From assembly GCA_026400555.1 (NCBI GenBank), contig JAPLOW010000063.1, positions 4,622 through 68,621 of the forward strand: DNA of 64,000 nt, in the 5' to 3' direction. The DNA comes from Hyphomicrobiales bacterium (GTDB lineage: Bacteria; Pseudomonadota; Alphaproteobacteria; Rhizobiales; Beijerinckiaceae). The notes under the pieces were generated by a model. That model saw only the letters and a program-made list of their open reading frames with translations. It was not told the DNA's origin and did no database searches. The translations under genes were made by a program, and so were the position numbers. Positions 20,050 to 30,270 of this stretch are shown here, one piece after another. How positions within the stretch are numbered: the stretch's first letter is position 1; each line of letters begins with the position of its first letter.

Positions 20050-21663
20050 TCAGCCCTGCGACCGCAGTTCGCGCCGGATGATCTTGCCGGTCGTGGTCAT
20101 CGGCAGGCTGTCACGAAAGGCGATCTCGCGCGGGTACTCATGCGCCGCAAGATGCCGCCGCACGAAGGCCTGGATGTCCGCGACGAGGGCGTCGGACGGC
20201 TCATGGCCGGGCTTCAGCACCAAAAACGCCTTGACGATCTCCGTCCTCAGCGCATCGGGCTTTCCGACGACCGCCGCCAGCGCCACGGCCGGATGCGTGA
20301 TCAGGCAGTCCTCGATCTCGCCCGGCCCGATACGGTAGCCCGATGAGGTGATCACGTCATCGTCTCGGCCGACGAAACGGATGTAGCCGTCCGTATCGCG
20401 GACGCCCTGATCCCCGGTCTTCAGCCAGTCGCCGATGAACTTGGCCTCCGTTGCGGCCGGATTGTTCCAGTAGCCCAGGAACATCACCGGATCGGGCCGC
20501 CGGACGGCAATCTGGCCTTCCTCGCCCGGCTCGCAGACCGCGCCATCCGGCCTGATCACGTTCACATCATGCCCCGGCACCGGCTTGCCAATCGAGCCGG
20601 GCCTGAGCACGCCGATGGCGGCGCAGGAGGCCAGCACAAGGTTGCATTCAGTCTGGCCGTAGAACTCGTTCACCGTCAGGTCGAGCGCCTCCCGCGCCCA
20701 TGCCAGGGTCTCCGCCCCAAGTGACTCTCCGCCCGAGCCGATCGTACGGAGCTTGAGATCATGGCGCCCACGCGGGTTCCTGACCGAGCGCAGCATGCGC
20801 AGGGCTGTCGGCGGCACGAAACAATTGCGCACCGCAAATCGCGCCATCAGGTCGAAGGCCTCGTCCGGATCGAACTTGGCGGAAGCCCGCGCCACCACCG
20901 GGATCCCGAAATGCAGCGCTGGCAGCAGAACGTTCAGCAGCCCGCCGGCCCAGGCCCAGTCAGCCGGGGTCCACATCCGGTCGCCGGGCTGCGGCAGGAA
21001 TTCATGCGGCATCTGCACGCCCGGCAGATGCCCCAGCACGACACGGTGGCCATGCAGCGCGCCTTTGGGGTTTCCTGTAGTCCCCGATGTGTAGATCATC
21101 AGGGCCGGATCGTCCGGACCGGAATCGACCAGCGCGAAGTCCGGCCGGGCGGTCGCCACGACTTGCCGGAAGTCCTCGGCCGCACCATCGGCGCCACCGG
21201 TGCTGATCACGACCTCGAGGCCGGCGTCGTCGCCCGAGGCGCGCGCCTTCGCCAGACCCGCCGCATCGGTGATCAGCGCCTTCGCCCCGGCATCGCGCAG
21301 GCGGAAGGCGATCGCGTCAACCCCGAACAACGCGGCCAGCGGCACCGCAATGGCCCCGAGCTTGTAGGTCGCCACATGTGCGACCGGCACCGCTCGCCCC
21401 TGCGGCAGAAGGATCGCGACCCTGTCGCCCGCCTTGATGCCCCGTGCCCTCAGGCCGTTGGCCAGACGGTCGGACTGGTTCTTCATCTCGCCATAGCTGA
21501 ATGTCGCTGCGGAGCCGTCGGCGCCGGCTTCGATCACCGCAACCCGCGCCGGATCGGCGGCGGCCCAACGGTCGCAGACATCGACGCCGATGTTGTACCG
21601 GTGCGGAATGCGCCAGCGGAAGTCGCGGGTCAGGCGGTCGAAATCGCGGATATCGGGCAGCAT
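20050..21663 (-). CDS. Acyl-CoA synthetase (AMP-binding, acetate/medium-chain type)
   Basis: YTSGTTGNPKG, YGQTE, GRDDDVITSSGYRIGP, PMTTTGKI; alternative start at 21678. Confidence 0.92.
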   Translation of the reverse strand: MLPDIRDFDRLTRDFRWRIPHRYNIGVDVCDRWAAADPARVAVIEAGADGSAATFSYGEMKNQSDRLANGLRARGIKAGDRVAILLPQGRAVPVAHVATYKLGAIAVPLAALFGVDAIAFRLRDAGAKALITDAAGLAKARASGDDAGLEVVISTGGADGAAEDFRQVVATARPDFALVDSGPDDPALMIYTSGTTGNPKGALHGHRVVLGHLPGVQMPHEFLPQPGDRMWTPADWAWAGGLLNVLLPALHFGIPVVARASAKFDPDEAFDLMARFAVRNCFVPPTALRMLRSVRNPRGRHDLKLRTIGSGGESLGAETLAWAREALDLTVNEFYGQTECNLVLASCAAIGVLRPGSIGKPVPGHDVNVIRPDGAVCEPGEEGQIAVRRPDPVMFLGYWNNPAATEAKFIGDWLKTGDQGVRDTDGYIRFVGRDDDVITSSGYRIGPGEIEDCLITHPAVALAAVVGKPDALRTEIVKAFLVLKPGHEPSDALVADIQAFVRRHLAAHEYPREIAFRDSLPMTTTGKIIRRELRSQG

Positions 21664-21807
21664 GCAGGGGTGTTCCATGGCGACAGGCCGCGCACCCTAG
21701 TGGGACATGGCCGGCTTGAACAGCGCTGAGATGGCGACACGAAGGTCGGAGGCGCCCCCCCCTGCGGGCGGGCCCGGGTCGTCGCATTTGTGGCTTTCAG
21801 GACACGC

Positions 21808-21850
21808 CTTGTCTGACTCTTGTCTGATTCGTGTCCGGTCTGTGTCCAAA
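21808..21850 (+). promoter_or_regulatory. Four 11-bp-phased direct repeats (TGTC core), candidate OmpR/PhoB-family operator
   Basis: CTTGTCTGACT-CTTGTCTGATT-CGTGTCCGGTC-TGTGTCCAAA; TGTC at 21810, 21821, 21832 and 21843. Confidence 0.5.
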
Positions 21851-21939
21851 GACTTGAACTGATCAAGGCAAGGCGTGATGGATCACATCTCAACATTCCG
21901 CCGGTTCAAGGTGGATACGGGGCAGCCGGGAGGCAACCA

Positions 21940-23790
21940 ATGACCAGGACATCCGCATGGGCCATGCTGGCCCTTACCCTTTTGTCGACCAGCGCGCTGG
22001 CGCAGCAGCGCTACGTCGCGTTCGGCGACAGCCTGTCAGACAACGGCAACTTCTTCGCGGCCACCGGACAGCCACCTGCACCCTATTTCAATGGCCGCTT
22101 CAGCAACGGCCCGACCTGGGTCGAGCAGCTCGCCGGCGCCCCGATGGCGGGCTTCTTCCCTGTGGGCCCGGTCAACAACGCCACCAGCACCAACTTTGCC
22201 TTCGGCGGCGCCCGAACGGATAGCAACCCTGCGGTCAGCGTCACCGATCCACCGAACATCTCGGGCGGAACCGGTGCCCAGATCACTAACTATACGCTGC
22301 GCGGCGGCGCCTTCGCGGCGACGGACACAGCCACGCTCTGGGGCGGCGCCAACAACATCTTCCAGGCGATCCCCGGCGCGGCGGCGACACCGGCGACCGC
22401 GCAGGCCACCATGCAGGGTGTCGCCGTGGCCTCGGCCACCAACATCGGAACCCAGGTCGGCCAGCTGGCGGCGGCCGGCGCGCGCCGGATCATCGTGCTG
22501 AATCTGCCAAACTTCAGCGGTCTGCCGCAGTTTGCCGGTGGACCCGCCGCAGCTCTGGCTGGCTTCAGCAGCTCGACCTTCAACGCCGCGCTCTTGACCT
22601 CCGTGGGCGCCGCTGCGGCTGGCGCGCCGAATGCAAACATCATCACGGTTGACGTCGCAGGCGTGTTCACTGCGCTGCAGGCGAACCCGGCTGCGTTCGG
22701 CTTCGCCAACGCGACCCAGCCGTGCCTCTCGGTGCTGGCCTGCGTGGGCAATCCGGCCGTGCAGCCCGGATACGCCTTCTGGGACGGCGTGCACCCGACC
22801 ACCGCAGGTCACGCCCTGATCGCCGCGACCGTCAACCAGTATGTTCAGGCTCCCGTTCTTGCAGGCGTCTTCTCCGCCCTTGGCGAACAAATCCTTGATG
22901 ATCGCCGCACCGGCATGGCGCGCGCCTTTGATCGCCTGGACAGCATCCGCTTCGGCAAGCCCGGCGTGAACGACTACTTTGTCAACATCGTCGGCGGCGT
23001 GTCGAATGGCGATTCGTCGGCCACCCGCCCTGGCTTCCGCTCGTCCACCTACGGCGTGAATTTCGGCATGAACCGGGCCCTGACCAGCAATTGGGGTCTG
23101 ACAGCCAGCGGCTCGGTCGGCGTCGGCACGACCAAGGTTGCCTCGACCCTGAATGCTGACACGTTCAACGCAGCCTTCGATGTCGGCGCGATCTACAATG
23201 CCGGCAGCTTTTTCGCCAAGACCGGGCTCGGGCTCGGCGTGACACGCTTCGGCGACATGGAGCGCAGGACGATCGGGCCGCTGGCCAACAAGAGCAGCGT
23301 CACGGCCGTCAGCTACAACGCAGGGGTCGAGGCGGGCTACATCCACAGCCTCGGGATGTTCGAACTGTCGCCCCGCGCGCGCCTCGCCTGGCTCGGCGGG
23401 ATGGTCGACACGATCGACGAGAACGGAACGATCGCCCCGCTGTCCATCCGTTCGCATGGCGTGAACGCCCTGCTCGGCGGCATCGAATTGCGCGCCAGCG
23501 CCACCGTCATCAACACGCCCGGCCAGAAGGTGGCCGTCACCGCGCTGGTCGGATACGAGCGCTACCTGACCTATTCCGGCAACAGCCTGACGGGCCGCCT
23601 GCTGGCCAACACCGCGCAGACCTTCCGGACGGTCACCGGCGATCCGAAAGGACCCGGCGTCGTCCTCGGTCTGGGCCTGTCATCGCAGATGGCGTCGGGC
23701 TGGGTGCTGAACGCGGAGTACCGCGCCTCGATCGGCGACCGCAGCCTGGTGCGCCACAACGGCCAGATCGGCGTGCGCACCTCTTTCTGA
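21940..23790 (+). CDS. GDSL esterase/lipase autotransporter (EstA-like)
   Basis: Signal peptide; FGDSLSD, GRFSNG, NFAFGGA, GANN, FWDGVHPT; C-terminal beta-barrel pattern ending in F; GGAGG RBS. Confidence 0.9.
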   Translation: MTRTSAWAMLALTLLSTSALAQQRYVAFGDSLSDNGNFFAATGQPPAPYFNGRFSNGPTWVEQLAGAPMAGFFPVGPVNNATSTNFAFGGARTDSNPAVSVTDPPNISGGTGAQITNYTLRGGAFAATDTATLWGGANNIFQAIPGAAATPATAQATMQGVAVASATNIGTQVGQLAAAGARRIIVLNLPNFSGLPQFAGGPAAALAGFSSSTFNAALLTSVGAAAAGAPNANIITVDVAGVFTALQANPAAFGFANATQPCLSVLACVGNPAVQPGYAFWDGVHPTTAGHALIAATVNQYVQAPVLAGVFSALGEQILDDRRTGMARAFDRLDSIRFGKPGVNDYFVNIVGGVSNGDSSATRPGFRSSTYGVNFGMNRALTSNWGLTASGSVGVGTTKVASTLNADTFNAAFDVGAIYNAGSFFAKTGLGLGVTRFGDMERRTIGPLANKSSVTAVSYNAGVEAGYIHSLGMFELSPRARLAWLGGMVDTIDENGTIAPLSIRSHGVNALLGGIELRASATVINTPGQKVAVTALVGYERYLTYSGNSLTGRLLANTAQTFRTVTGDPKGPGVVLGLGLSSQMASGWVLNAEYRASIGDRSLVRHNGQIGVRTSF

Positions 23791-23945
23791 TGGCGATCGC
23801 ACAGAGGGCTCGGGGCTTGCGGGAGGTCACGGCTCCCGCCGAGAGCGGTTGACCGTCTTGCAGCTGTATTCCCGCTTGCCGGTGTGATAGCGGCTCTGCC
23901 GACGGTCGGACATTCTGCGTCCGGCCGCTGGAGACTGACGCCGAC

Positions 23946-25506
23946 ATGCCGACAGACACACGCCGGATCGCCCGTGCGCTCATTTCCGTCTCGGACAAGA
24001 CCGGGCTCGAGGACTTCGCCCGCTCGCTGGCCGCCCAGGGCGTCGAACTGGTCTCGACCGGCGGCACCCGGGCTGCGCTTGCCGCCGCCGGACTGGCCGT
24101 CAGGGACGTATCCGACCTGACGGGCTTTCCCGAAATGATGGACGGACGCGTCAAGACGCTGCATCCGGCGGTGCATGGCGGCCTGCGCCATGCTGGCCCA
24201 CGGCATCGGCTCGATCGACCTGCTGGTGGTCAATCTCTACCCGTTCGAAGCCACGGTGGCCGCCGGCAAGCCCTATGACGACTGCGTCGAGAACATCGAC
24301 ATCGGCGGGCCGGCCATGATCCGGGCGGCGGCCAAGAACCATGGCGACGTCGCGGTCGTGGTCGATGTGGCTGATTATGCCGCGCTCCTCGCCGACATGT
24401 CCGCCCATCACGGCGCCGTCACGCTGGCCTTGCGCAGAAAGCTGGCGCAGAAAGCGTACGCCCGCACGGCGGCCTATGACGCCGCCATTTCCAACTGGCT
24501 GGCCGCCGAACTCAACGAGCCGAGCCCGGCCTTCCGCGCCGTCGGCGGCGCTCTGCTCGAGGTGATGCGCTACGGCGAGAACCCACACCAGACCGCGGCG
24601 CTCTACCGGACGCCGGAACTGCGCCCCGGTGTCGTCAGCGCGCGGCAGATTCAGGGCAAGCAACTCTCCTATAACAACATCAACGACACCAACGCCGCTT
24701 TCGAATGCGTCGCAGAGTTCGATCCCGCCCGGGGGCCGGCCTGCGTCATCCTCAAGCACGCCAATCCGTCGGGCGTTGCGCTGGGTTCGACCTTGGCAGA
24801 GGCCTATGCAGCGGCGCTGGCCTGCGACCCGGTCTCCGCCTTTGGCGGCATCATCGCGGTGAACACGGAACTCGACGCGGACGCCGCGCGCCGGATGATT
24901 GGCATTTTCACCGAGGTCATCATCGCGCCGGCCGTGAGCAATGAAGCGCTCGCGGTGCTGGCCACGAAGAAGAACCTCCGTCTTCTGGTGGCGGGCGGCC
25001 TGCCCGATCCGCGAGCGGGCGGGCTTGCCGTTACGGCGGTCAGCGGCGGACTTCTCGTCCAGTCGCGCGACAACGCGGTGGTGGACGACATGCCGCTCAC
25101 CGTCGTGACGAAACGCGCGCCCGGCGAGGCGGAGCTGAATGACCTGCGTTTCGCCTTCAAGGTGGCCAAGCACGTCAAGTCGAATGCCATCGTCTATGCC
25201 CGCAACGGAGCCACCGTCGGCATCGGCGCCGGCCAGATGAGCCGCGTCGACAGTTCCCGGATTGCGGCCTGGAAAGCGGCCGAAGCGGCAAGGGCGCTGG
25301 GGCTGCCCGAAGCGCTGGCGAAGGGTTCGGTTGTCGCGTCGGACGCCTTCTTCCCCTTTGCCGATGGCCTTCTGGCTGCCGCCGAGGCGGGGGCGACGGC
25401 GGTGATTCAGCCCGGCGGCTCGGTCCGCGATGATGAGGTGATCAGGGCCGCCGACGACGCCGGCCTCGCCATGGTCTTCACCGGGCATCGCCACTTCCGG
25501 CATTGA
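23946..25506 (+). pseudogene. purH: Bifunctional AICAR transformylase/IMP cyclohydrolase, frameshifted near 24186 (real lesion or assembly error)
   Basis: 5' frame: [30 protein letters not shown]. After one extra base the second frame resumes [45 protein letters not shown]. About 11 codons appear to be missing at the junction. Confidence 0.9.
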
Positions 25507-25594
25507 GCGATGCTCCGCGCCACCGATCGACCTCAACCGGGACCGCACCACGTTTCACGGCGACCCACTGTCAGAACCGCGCGCTGCACTCCAC

Positions 25595-26344
25595 ATGAGG
25601 CCTGCAGACTGGAACACGTCATTGATCAGACCTTTCGCTTCAAATGAAGATCGCGGTGCCGCGCGCGCCAGGCGGATCGCCTACTGGGATCGTCCGATCA
25701 CCGGTCGCTGGCAGCGGCTGCATGCCTGGCTGAACCTGCTGTTCATCGACCACGGCATCATCCGCGCGGTCTATCTCAACGAGCATGACGTCTCCAACGA
25801 GATGAAGCGCTGCGCCCAGCCTTCGCCGCGTGATCTGGCGCGTCTGGCAAAGGGCGGCCTGCGCACCGTGATCAACCTCAGGGGTGGACGCGAGCAGGGC
25901 GGCTGGCCGCTCCAGCGCGAGGCATGCCAGGAGCTTGGGCTCGACCTGCGCGAACTGACACTGCGCTCGCGCGAGGCGCCCGACCGCGAGACCTTGCTAT
26001 CCTTGCCGGCGTTCTTCGAGAGCCTCGCCTATCCGGCCGTCGCGCATTGCAAGTCCGGAGCGGACCGCGCTGGCCTGTTCAGCGCGCTCTATCTGCTCGT
26101 GCACAGGAAGCGGCCCGTAGCCGAAGCCAAGCAACAGTTGTCGCTGCGCTACGGTCATGTCCGGTTGGCCAAGACCGGCATTCTCGATACATTCCTTGAT
26201 GTGTACCAGAGCGAGGGCGAGGCGAAGGGTCTGTCCTTCATGGATTGGGTCAGGGATGCCTATGACCCGCAGGCGGTCCAGAAGGCCTTCCACGAGGGTT
26301 TTTTCGCCAGTCTGCTGATCGATCGCATCATGCGCCGTGAGTGA
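25595..26344 (+). CDS. Protein-tyrosine/dual-specificity phosphatase-like protein
   Basis: VINLRG and the CX5R P-loop HCKSGADR. Confidence 0.85.
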   Translation: MRPADWNTSLIRPFASNEDRGAARARRIAYWDRPITGRWQRLHAWLNLLFIDHGIIRAVYLNEHDVSNEMKRCAQPSPRDLARLAKGGLRTVINLRGGREQGGWPLQREACQELGLDLRELTLRSREAPDRETLLSLPAFFESLAYPAVAHCKSGADRAGLFSALYLLVHRKRPVAEAKQQLSLRYGHVRLAKTGILDTFLDVYQSEGEAKGLSFMDWVRDAYDPQAVQKAFHEGFFASLLIDRIMRRE

Positions 26345-26356
26345 GGCAGGCGGCGC

Positions 26357-28189
26357 TCAGCCGTCCAGCATCTGCAGCCGGTGGAGCTTGGCATACACCC
26401 CGTCGGCGGCGATCAGCGCGTCATGATGGCCGCGCTCGACGATCTGGCCGCCCTCCATCACCGCGATCTGGTCCGCCTCGCGGACAGTGGACAGCCGGTG
26501 CGCGATGACCAGTGTGGTCCGCCCCTTCATCAGGCGGGCCAGCGCATCCTGCACCAGCTTCTCGGATTCGGCGTCGAGCGCGCTGGTGGCCTCGTCCAGC
26601 AGCAGGATCGGGGCGTTCTTCAGGATCGCACGGGCCAGCGCAACCCGCTGACGCTCCCCGCCCGACAGCCGCGAGCCGCGGTCTCCGACGCGGGTCGCGT
26701 AGCCATCGGGCAGCGCCAGGATGAAGCCATGCGCCGCGGCAGACTCCGCAGCGGCCTCGATCTCTGCATCCGGTGCGCCGGGCCGGCCAAAGGCGATGTT
26801 GGCCTTGATGCTGTCGTCGAACAGCACGATGTCCTGCGAGACGACCGCGATCTGGTCCCGCAGCGACGCCAACGTAACGGAGCGGATGTCCTGCCCGTCG
26901 ATCGCGATCGTTCCGGCCGTTACGTCATACAGTCGCGGCACCAGCGCCAGCAGCGTCGACTTGCCCGAACCGGACCGTCCCACCAGCGCGGTGACGGAGC
27001 CGGCCGCGACCTCGAGACCGACCTGGCGCAGGGCGGCATGGTCCTCGCGGTAGGAAAAGCTGACATCCCGAAAGCTGATCGCCGCGCCCTGCACCGTGAG
27101 CGGCCTTGCGTCGGGCGCATCGGTGATGAGGGCTGGCTCGTTCACGGTTGAATAATAGCGCTTCAGCGCGGCCAGGGCTTCCTGGATGATGGCATTGAGG
27201 TTGCCGATCGAGCGCAGGGGCTGCGAAGCCAGCAACAGCGCCGTGACATAGCCGGTGAAGTCCCCGATGGTGCCGACGCCCGAATTGACCCGGATTCCGA
27301 TGGCGAACAGGACGACCGCCACCGCGATGCCGCCGCCAACCTCGAGCAGCGGCTCGACCCGACCGCGCGCGTTGATCGCCTTCATGCGCAGCTTCCGAAC
27401 CATCTCGAAGGCCGCCCGGGCCCGGCGCTTGAGATAGGGTTCGAGCTGGTCGGTCTTGGCCACCCGCGCGCCCTGCAGGCTTTCGGTGATCAGCGCGGCC
27501 ATGATGCCGCTCTGCTCCTGCTGGCTGGTGGCGACGCGCCGCAGCTTCTTGCCAATGGCGACGATCGGCACGGCGACAATGGGCACGACCACCAGGGCGA
27601 TCAGCGTGAGCTGCCAATCAATCCAGAGCATGGCGCCGAACAGGCCGATGCCGGTCAGTCCATCGCGCACGGCGATGTTGACCAGTCGCGTCAGAGCTTC
27701 GCGCACATAGATGAAATCGGTGCTGAAGCGTTGCGTCAACGCAGCCGGGCTTTCGCGCTGGGCCTGCGCAAGATCGGCATCGACGAGGTGTTCGTAGAGC
27801 CGCCCCTGCATGTCGGCCTCGACCCGTGAGACCACACTGTTGGTCAGCACGATCTTCCCAAGCAGCGCAAAGCCCTTCACGGACGTGACGACCACCACCA
27901 TCACGGCAATGACATGGATCGGGCCGATGCCGGGACCCGTCAGCACCACAAGCCAGGAACGCAGCCTGTTGAGCAGCGGATCGGCGGTTCCCCCGGCGCC
28001 CGTCGCGAACGAATCGAACGCAAGCTTGATCAGCACCGGGTACAGGCTGGTCATCGCCGCAATGATCGCGACAAGGCCGAGAACGCCGAGGAGCGCAAGG
28101 CGGTGCTGGACCAGTTCCTCGCGCCACAACCGCCTCAGCAGCGGCCAGCCATCGGCAGCGTCTCGCGCGGACAGCTTGGCCATGCTCAT
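26357..28189 (-). CDS. ABC exporter, fused permease/ATPase (MsbA-like)
   Basis: N-terminal TM domain; GRSGSGKS, LSGGERQR, LLDEATSALD, IAHRLST. Confidence 0.92.
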   Translation of the reverse strand: MSMAKLSARDAADGWPLLRRLWREELVQHRLALLGVLGLVAIIAAMTSLYPVLIKLAFDSFATGAGGTADPLLNRLRSWLVVLTGPGIGPIHVIAVMVVVVTSVKGFALLGKIVLTNSVVSRVEADMQGRLYEHLVDADLAQAQRESPAALTQRFSTDFIYVREALTRLVNIAVRDGLTGIGLFGAMLWIDWQLTLIALVVVPIVAVPIVAIGKKLRRVATSQQEQSGIMAALITESLQGARVAKTDQLEPYLKRRARAAFEMVRKLRMKAINARGRVEPLLEVGGGIAVAVVLFAIGIRVNSGVGTIGDFTGYVTALLLASQPLRSIGNLNAIIQEALAALKRYYSTVNEPALITDAPDARPLTVQGAAISFRDVSFSYREDHAALRQVGLEVAAGSVTALVGRSGSGKSTLLALVPRLYDVTAGTIAIDGQDIRSVTLASLRDQIAVVSQDIVLFDDSIKANIAFGRPGAPDAEIEAAAESAAAHGFILALPDGYATRVGDRGSRLSGGERQRVALARAILKNAPILLLDEATSALDAESEKLVQDALARLMKGRTTLVIAHRLSTVREADQIAVMEGGQIVERGHHDALIAADGVYAKLHRLQMLDG

Positions 28190-28316
28190 TGCTCTCCTGT
28201 CGACCGGGCACCCGCATCAGGCCTGACGCCCGAACAGGAGGCCCTCTTCCTGCCATTCGGGGCCAATTGCAAGACATCCCATGCCAGGCAGGCGGGGTTT
28301 GCACTCCGGAAACAAA

Positions 28317-28343
28317 TTCGCCCCGCGTTGGCCGCGGGGCGAA
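28317..28343 (-). terminator. Hairpin downstream of tRNA-Gly
   Basis: TTCGCCCCGCG-TTGGC-CGCGGGGCGAA, followed on the minus strand by TTTGTTT. Confidence 0.6.
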
Positions 28344-28368
28344 ACAGACGTCACGTCTGGAAATCAAC

Positions 28369-28443
<75 letters not shown>

Positions 28444-28662
28444 ATCCGTGGGCCCATCAGCGGTTGCCCGCCGACGAGGCGCGTTCTTTGCCTCAAACTC
28501 CTGTCCTTCGCAAGCCCTTTTGTGCCACTTGTTGACAGGGGGCTACCGGCAAGGCTGCAGGGCGGGCTTGCCAGACCACCCCATCCGCAGGCATGAGACG
28601 GCCATTCGCCGTGGCAGGAAGCGTTCGCAGTCCGCCCGGTTCGCCCAGCAAGGGTCTCAAGG

Positions 28663-29202
28663 ATGACCGACGCGCCCGCAGCCGATGCCGCTCCCATGTC
28701 GCCGGAGGGCGTGCTTGCCTTTCTGGCCAGCCTTGGGGTCGAGACGACCACCACCCGCCATGAAGCTGCCTTCACGGTTGAGCAGAGCAAGCACCTGACC
28801 GGTCATATCCCCGGCGCCCACAGCAAGAATCTCTTCGTCAAGGACAAGAAGGGCCGGCTCTTCCTTGTCGTGGCTGAGCATGAGCAGCGCATCGATCTGA
28901 AGCGGCTGCACGAGGTCATCGGCGCGAGCGGACGACTGTCCTTCTGCAACCCGGAGCAGATGATGACCTATCTCGGGGTGACACCCGGCTCGGTGACGGC
29001 ATTGTCGCTCATCAATGACCGCAACCATGACGTTACGCTCGTGATCGATGCCGGGCTGATCACATCCCCGGTGATCAACTGCCACCCGCTGGTCAACACG
29101 GCGACGACGAGCCTGTCCCGCGAGGGGTTGCTCCGTTTCTTCGCGGCAACTGGGCACAAACCGCTGGTCGTGGCGCTGCCGGAACCGCCGGTGGAGACCT
29201 GA
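28663..29202 (+). CDS. YbaK/ProX (PrdX) family aminoacyl-tRNA deacylase
   Basis: HSKNLFVKDKK, RLSF, LGVTPGSVT, NCHPLVNTAT. Confidence 0.9.
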   Translation: MTDAPAADAAPMSPEGVLAFLASLGVETTTTRHEAAFTVEQSKHLTGHIPGAHSKNLFVKDKKGRLFLVVAEHEQRIDLKRLHEVIGASGRLSFCNPEQMMTYLGVTPGSVTALSLINDRNHDVTLVIDAGLITSPVINCHPLVNTATTSLSREGLLRFFAATGHKPLVVALPEPPVET

Positions 29203-29237
29203 TCGGCCACGAAACAGCTGCAGCGGTGATTTCGGAC

Positions 29238-29266
29238 ATGGACATCCCGGCAGGTAGCACCCACAT
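29238..29266 (+). promoter_or_regulatory. Putative RpoH (sigma32)-type promoter
   Basis: ATGGAC-N16-CCCACAT upstream of a ybbN-like chaperone gene. Confidence 0.35.
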
Positions 29267-29296
29267 TACAGTCACGTGATCCAACTGACAGGCAGA

Positions 29297-30223
29297 ATGG
29301 CAATGTTCGGCAGCAATGGTTTGGCCCCGAAGCAGGCTGAGGCGCAGGCGCCCGAGGGGCTGGTGCGCGACACCACCACACAGGGCTTCCGTCAGGACGT
29401 CATCGCCGAATCGATGCAACAGCCCGTGCTCGTCGATTTCTGGGCTCCTTGGTGCGGCCCGTGCAAACAGCTGACCCCGGTCATCGAGAAAGTCGTGAAA
29501 GCGGCGGGCGGCAAGGTCAAGCTCGTCAAGATGAACATCGACGAGCACCCCCAGATCCCTGGCCAGCTCGGCATCCAGTCGATTCCGGCCGTGATCGCCT
29601 TCCAGCGCGGGCAGCCGGTCGACGGTTTCATGGGCGCTGTGCCGGAAAGCCAGATCAAGCAGTTCATCGAACGTCTGGTCGGGCCGCTCGGACCCGGCGC
29701 GACCGCCGAGATGATCGCGGCGGCGCAAGGTGCGGCCGAGGCCGGCGACCCGGCCGGCGCGATGGATCTCTATGCTGCCGTCCTGACTCAGGAGCCCGAG
29801 AATCTGGGCGCCATCGCCGGCATGGCCAAGCTTCAGCTCGACATGGGTGACATCGACGCCGCCAGGCAGATTCTGGCCCTCGCGCCAGCCGAGAAGGCGC
29901 AGGATGCCGCGCTCGCTGGTGTCCGCGCGGCGATCGACCTCGCCGAACAGGCGGCGGCCCTTGGTGACGTCGCTGGCCTCGCCCGGGCCGTCGAGGCCAA
30001 CCCAAAGGACCATCAGGCCCGCTTCGATCTGGCGCTGGCGCTCAACGCCCATCAACGCCGCGAGGAAGCCGTCGATCACTTGATCGCGATCATCAAGGCC
30101 GACCGGACCTGGATGGAGGATGGCGCGCGCAAACAGCTCGTCCAGTTCTTCGAAGCCTGGGGTCCGATGGACGAAGCCGCCATTTCAGGGCGGCGCAAGC
30201 TGTCCGCGCTGCTGTTCTCCTGA
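29297..30223 (+). CDS. ybbN: Thioredoxin-TPR chaperedoxin (YbbN/CnoX family)
   Basis: VDFWAPWCGPCK thioredoxin domain plus TPR region ending GRRKLSALLFS. Confidence 0.9.
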   Translation: MAMFGSNGLAPKQAEAQAPEGLVRDTTTQGFRQDVIAESMQQPVLVDFWAPWCGPCKQLTPVIEKVVKAAGGKVKLVKMNIDEHPQIPGQLGIQSIPAVIAFQRGQPVDGFMGAVPESQIKQFIERLVGPLGPGATAEMIAAAQGAAEAGDPAGAMDLYAAVLTQEPENLGAIAGMAKLQLDMGDIDAARQILALAPAEKAQDAALAGVRAAIDLAEQAAALGDVAGLARAVEANPKDHQARFDLALALNAHQRREEAVDHLIAIIKADRTWMEDGARKQLVQFFEAWGPMDEAAISGRRKLSALLFS

Positions 30224-30270
30224 GGGGCCGTGATGGCACAACGGACAGGCCACCGAAGGATCGGGGGGAC

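Noticed and set aside
23800-23945. Possible ZTP (pfl) riboswitch upstream of purH
   Set aside because: A hairpin (GGTCGGAC/GTCCGGCC) is present, but the conserved GACUGGCG and CGCCUGGG elements are not visible. An Rfam cmsearch would settle it.
24175-24200. Programmed ribosomal frameshift in purH
   Set aside because: No slippery heptamer, and conserved residues are missing, which indicates a deletion rather than recoding.
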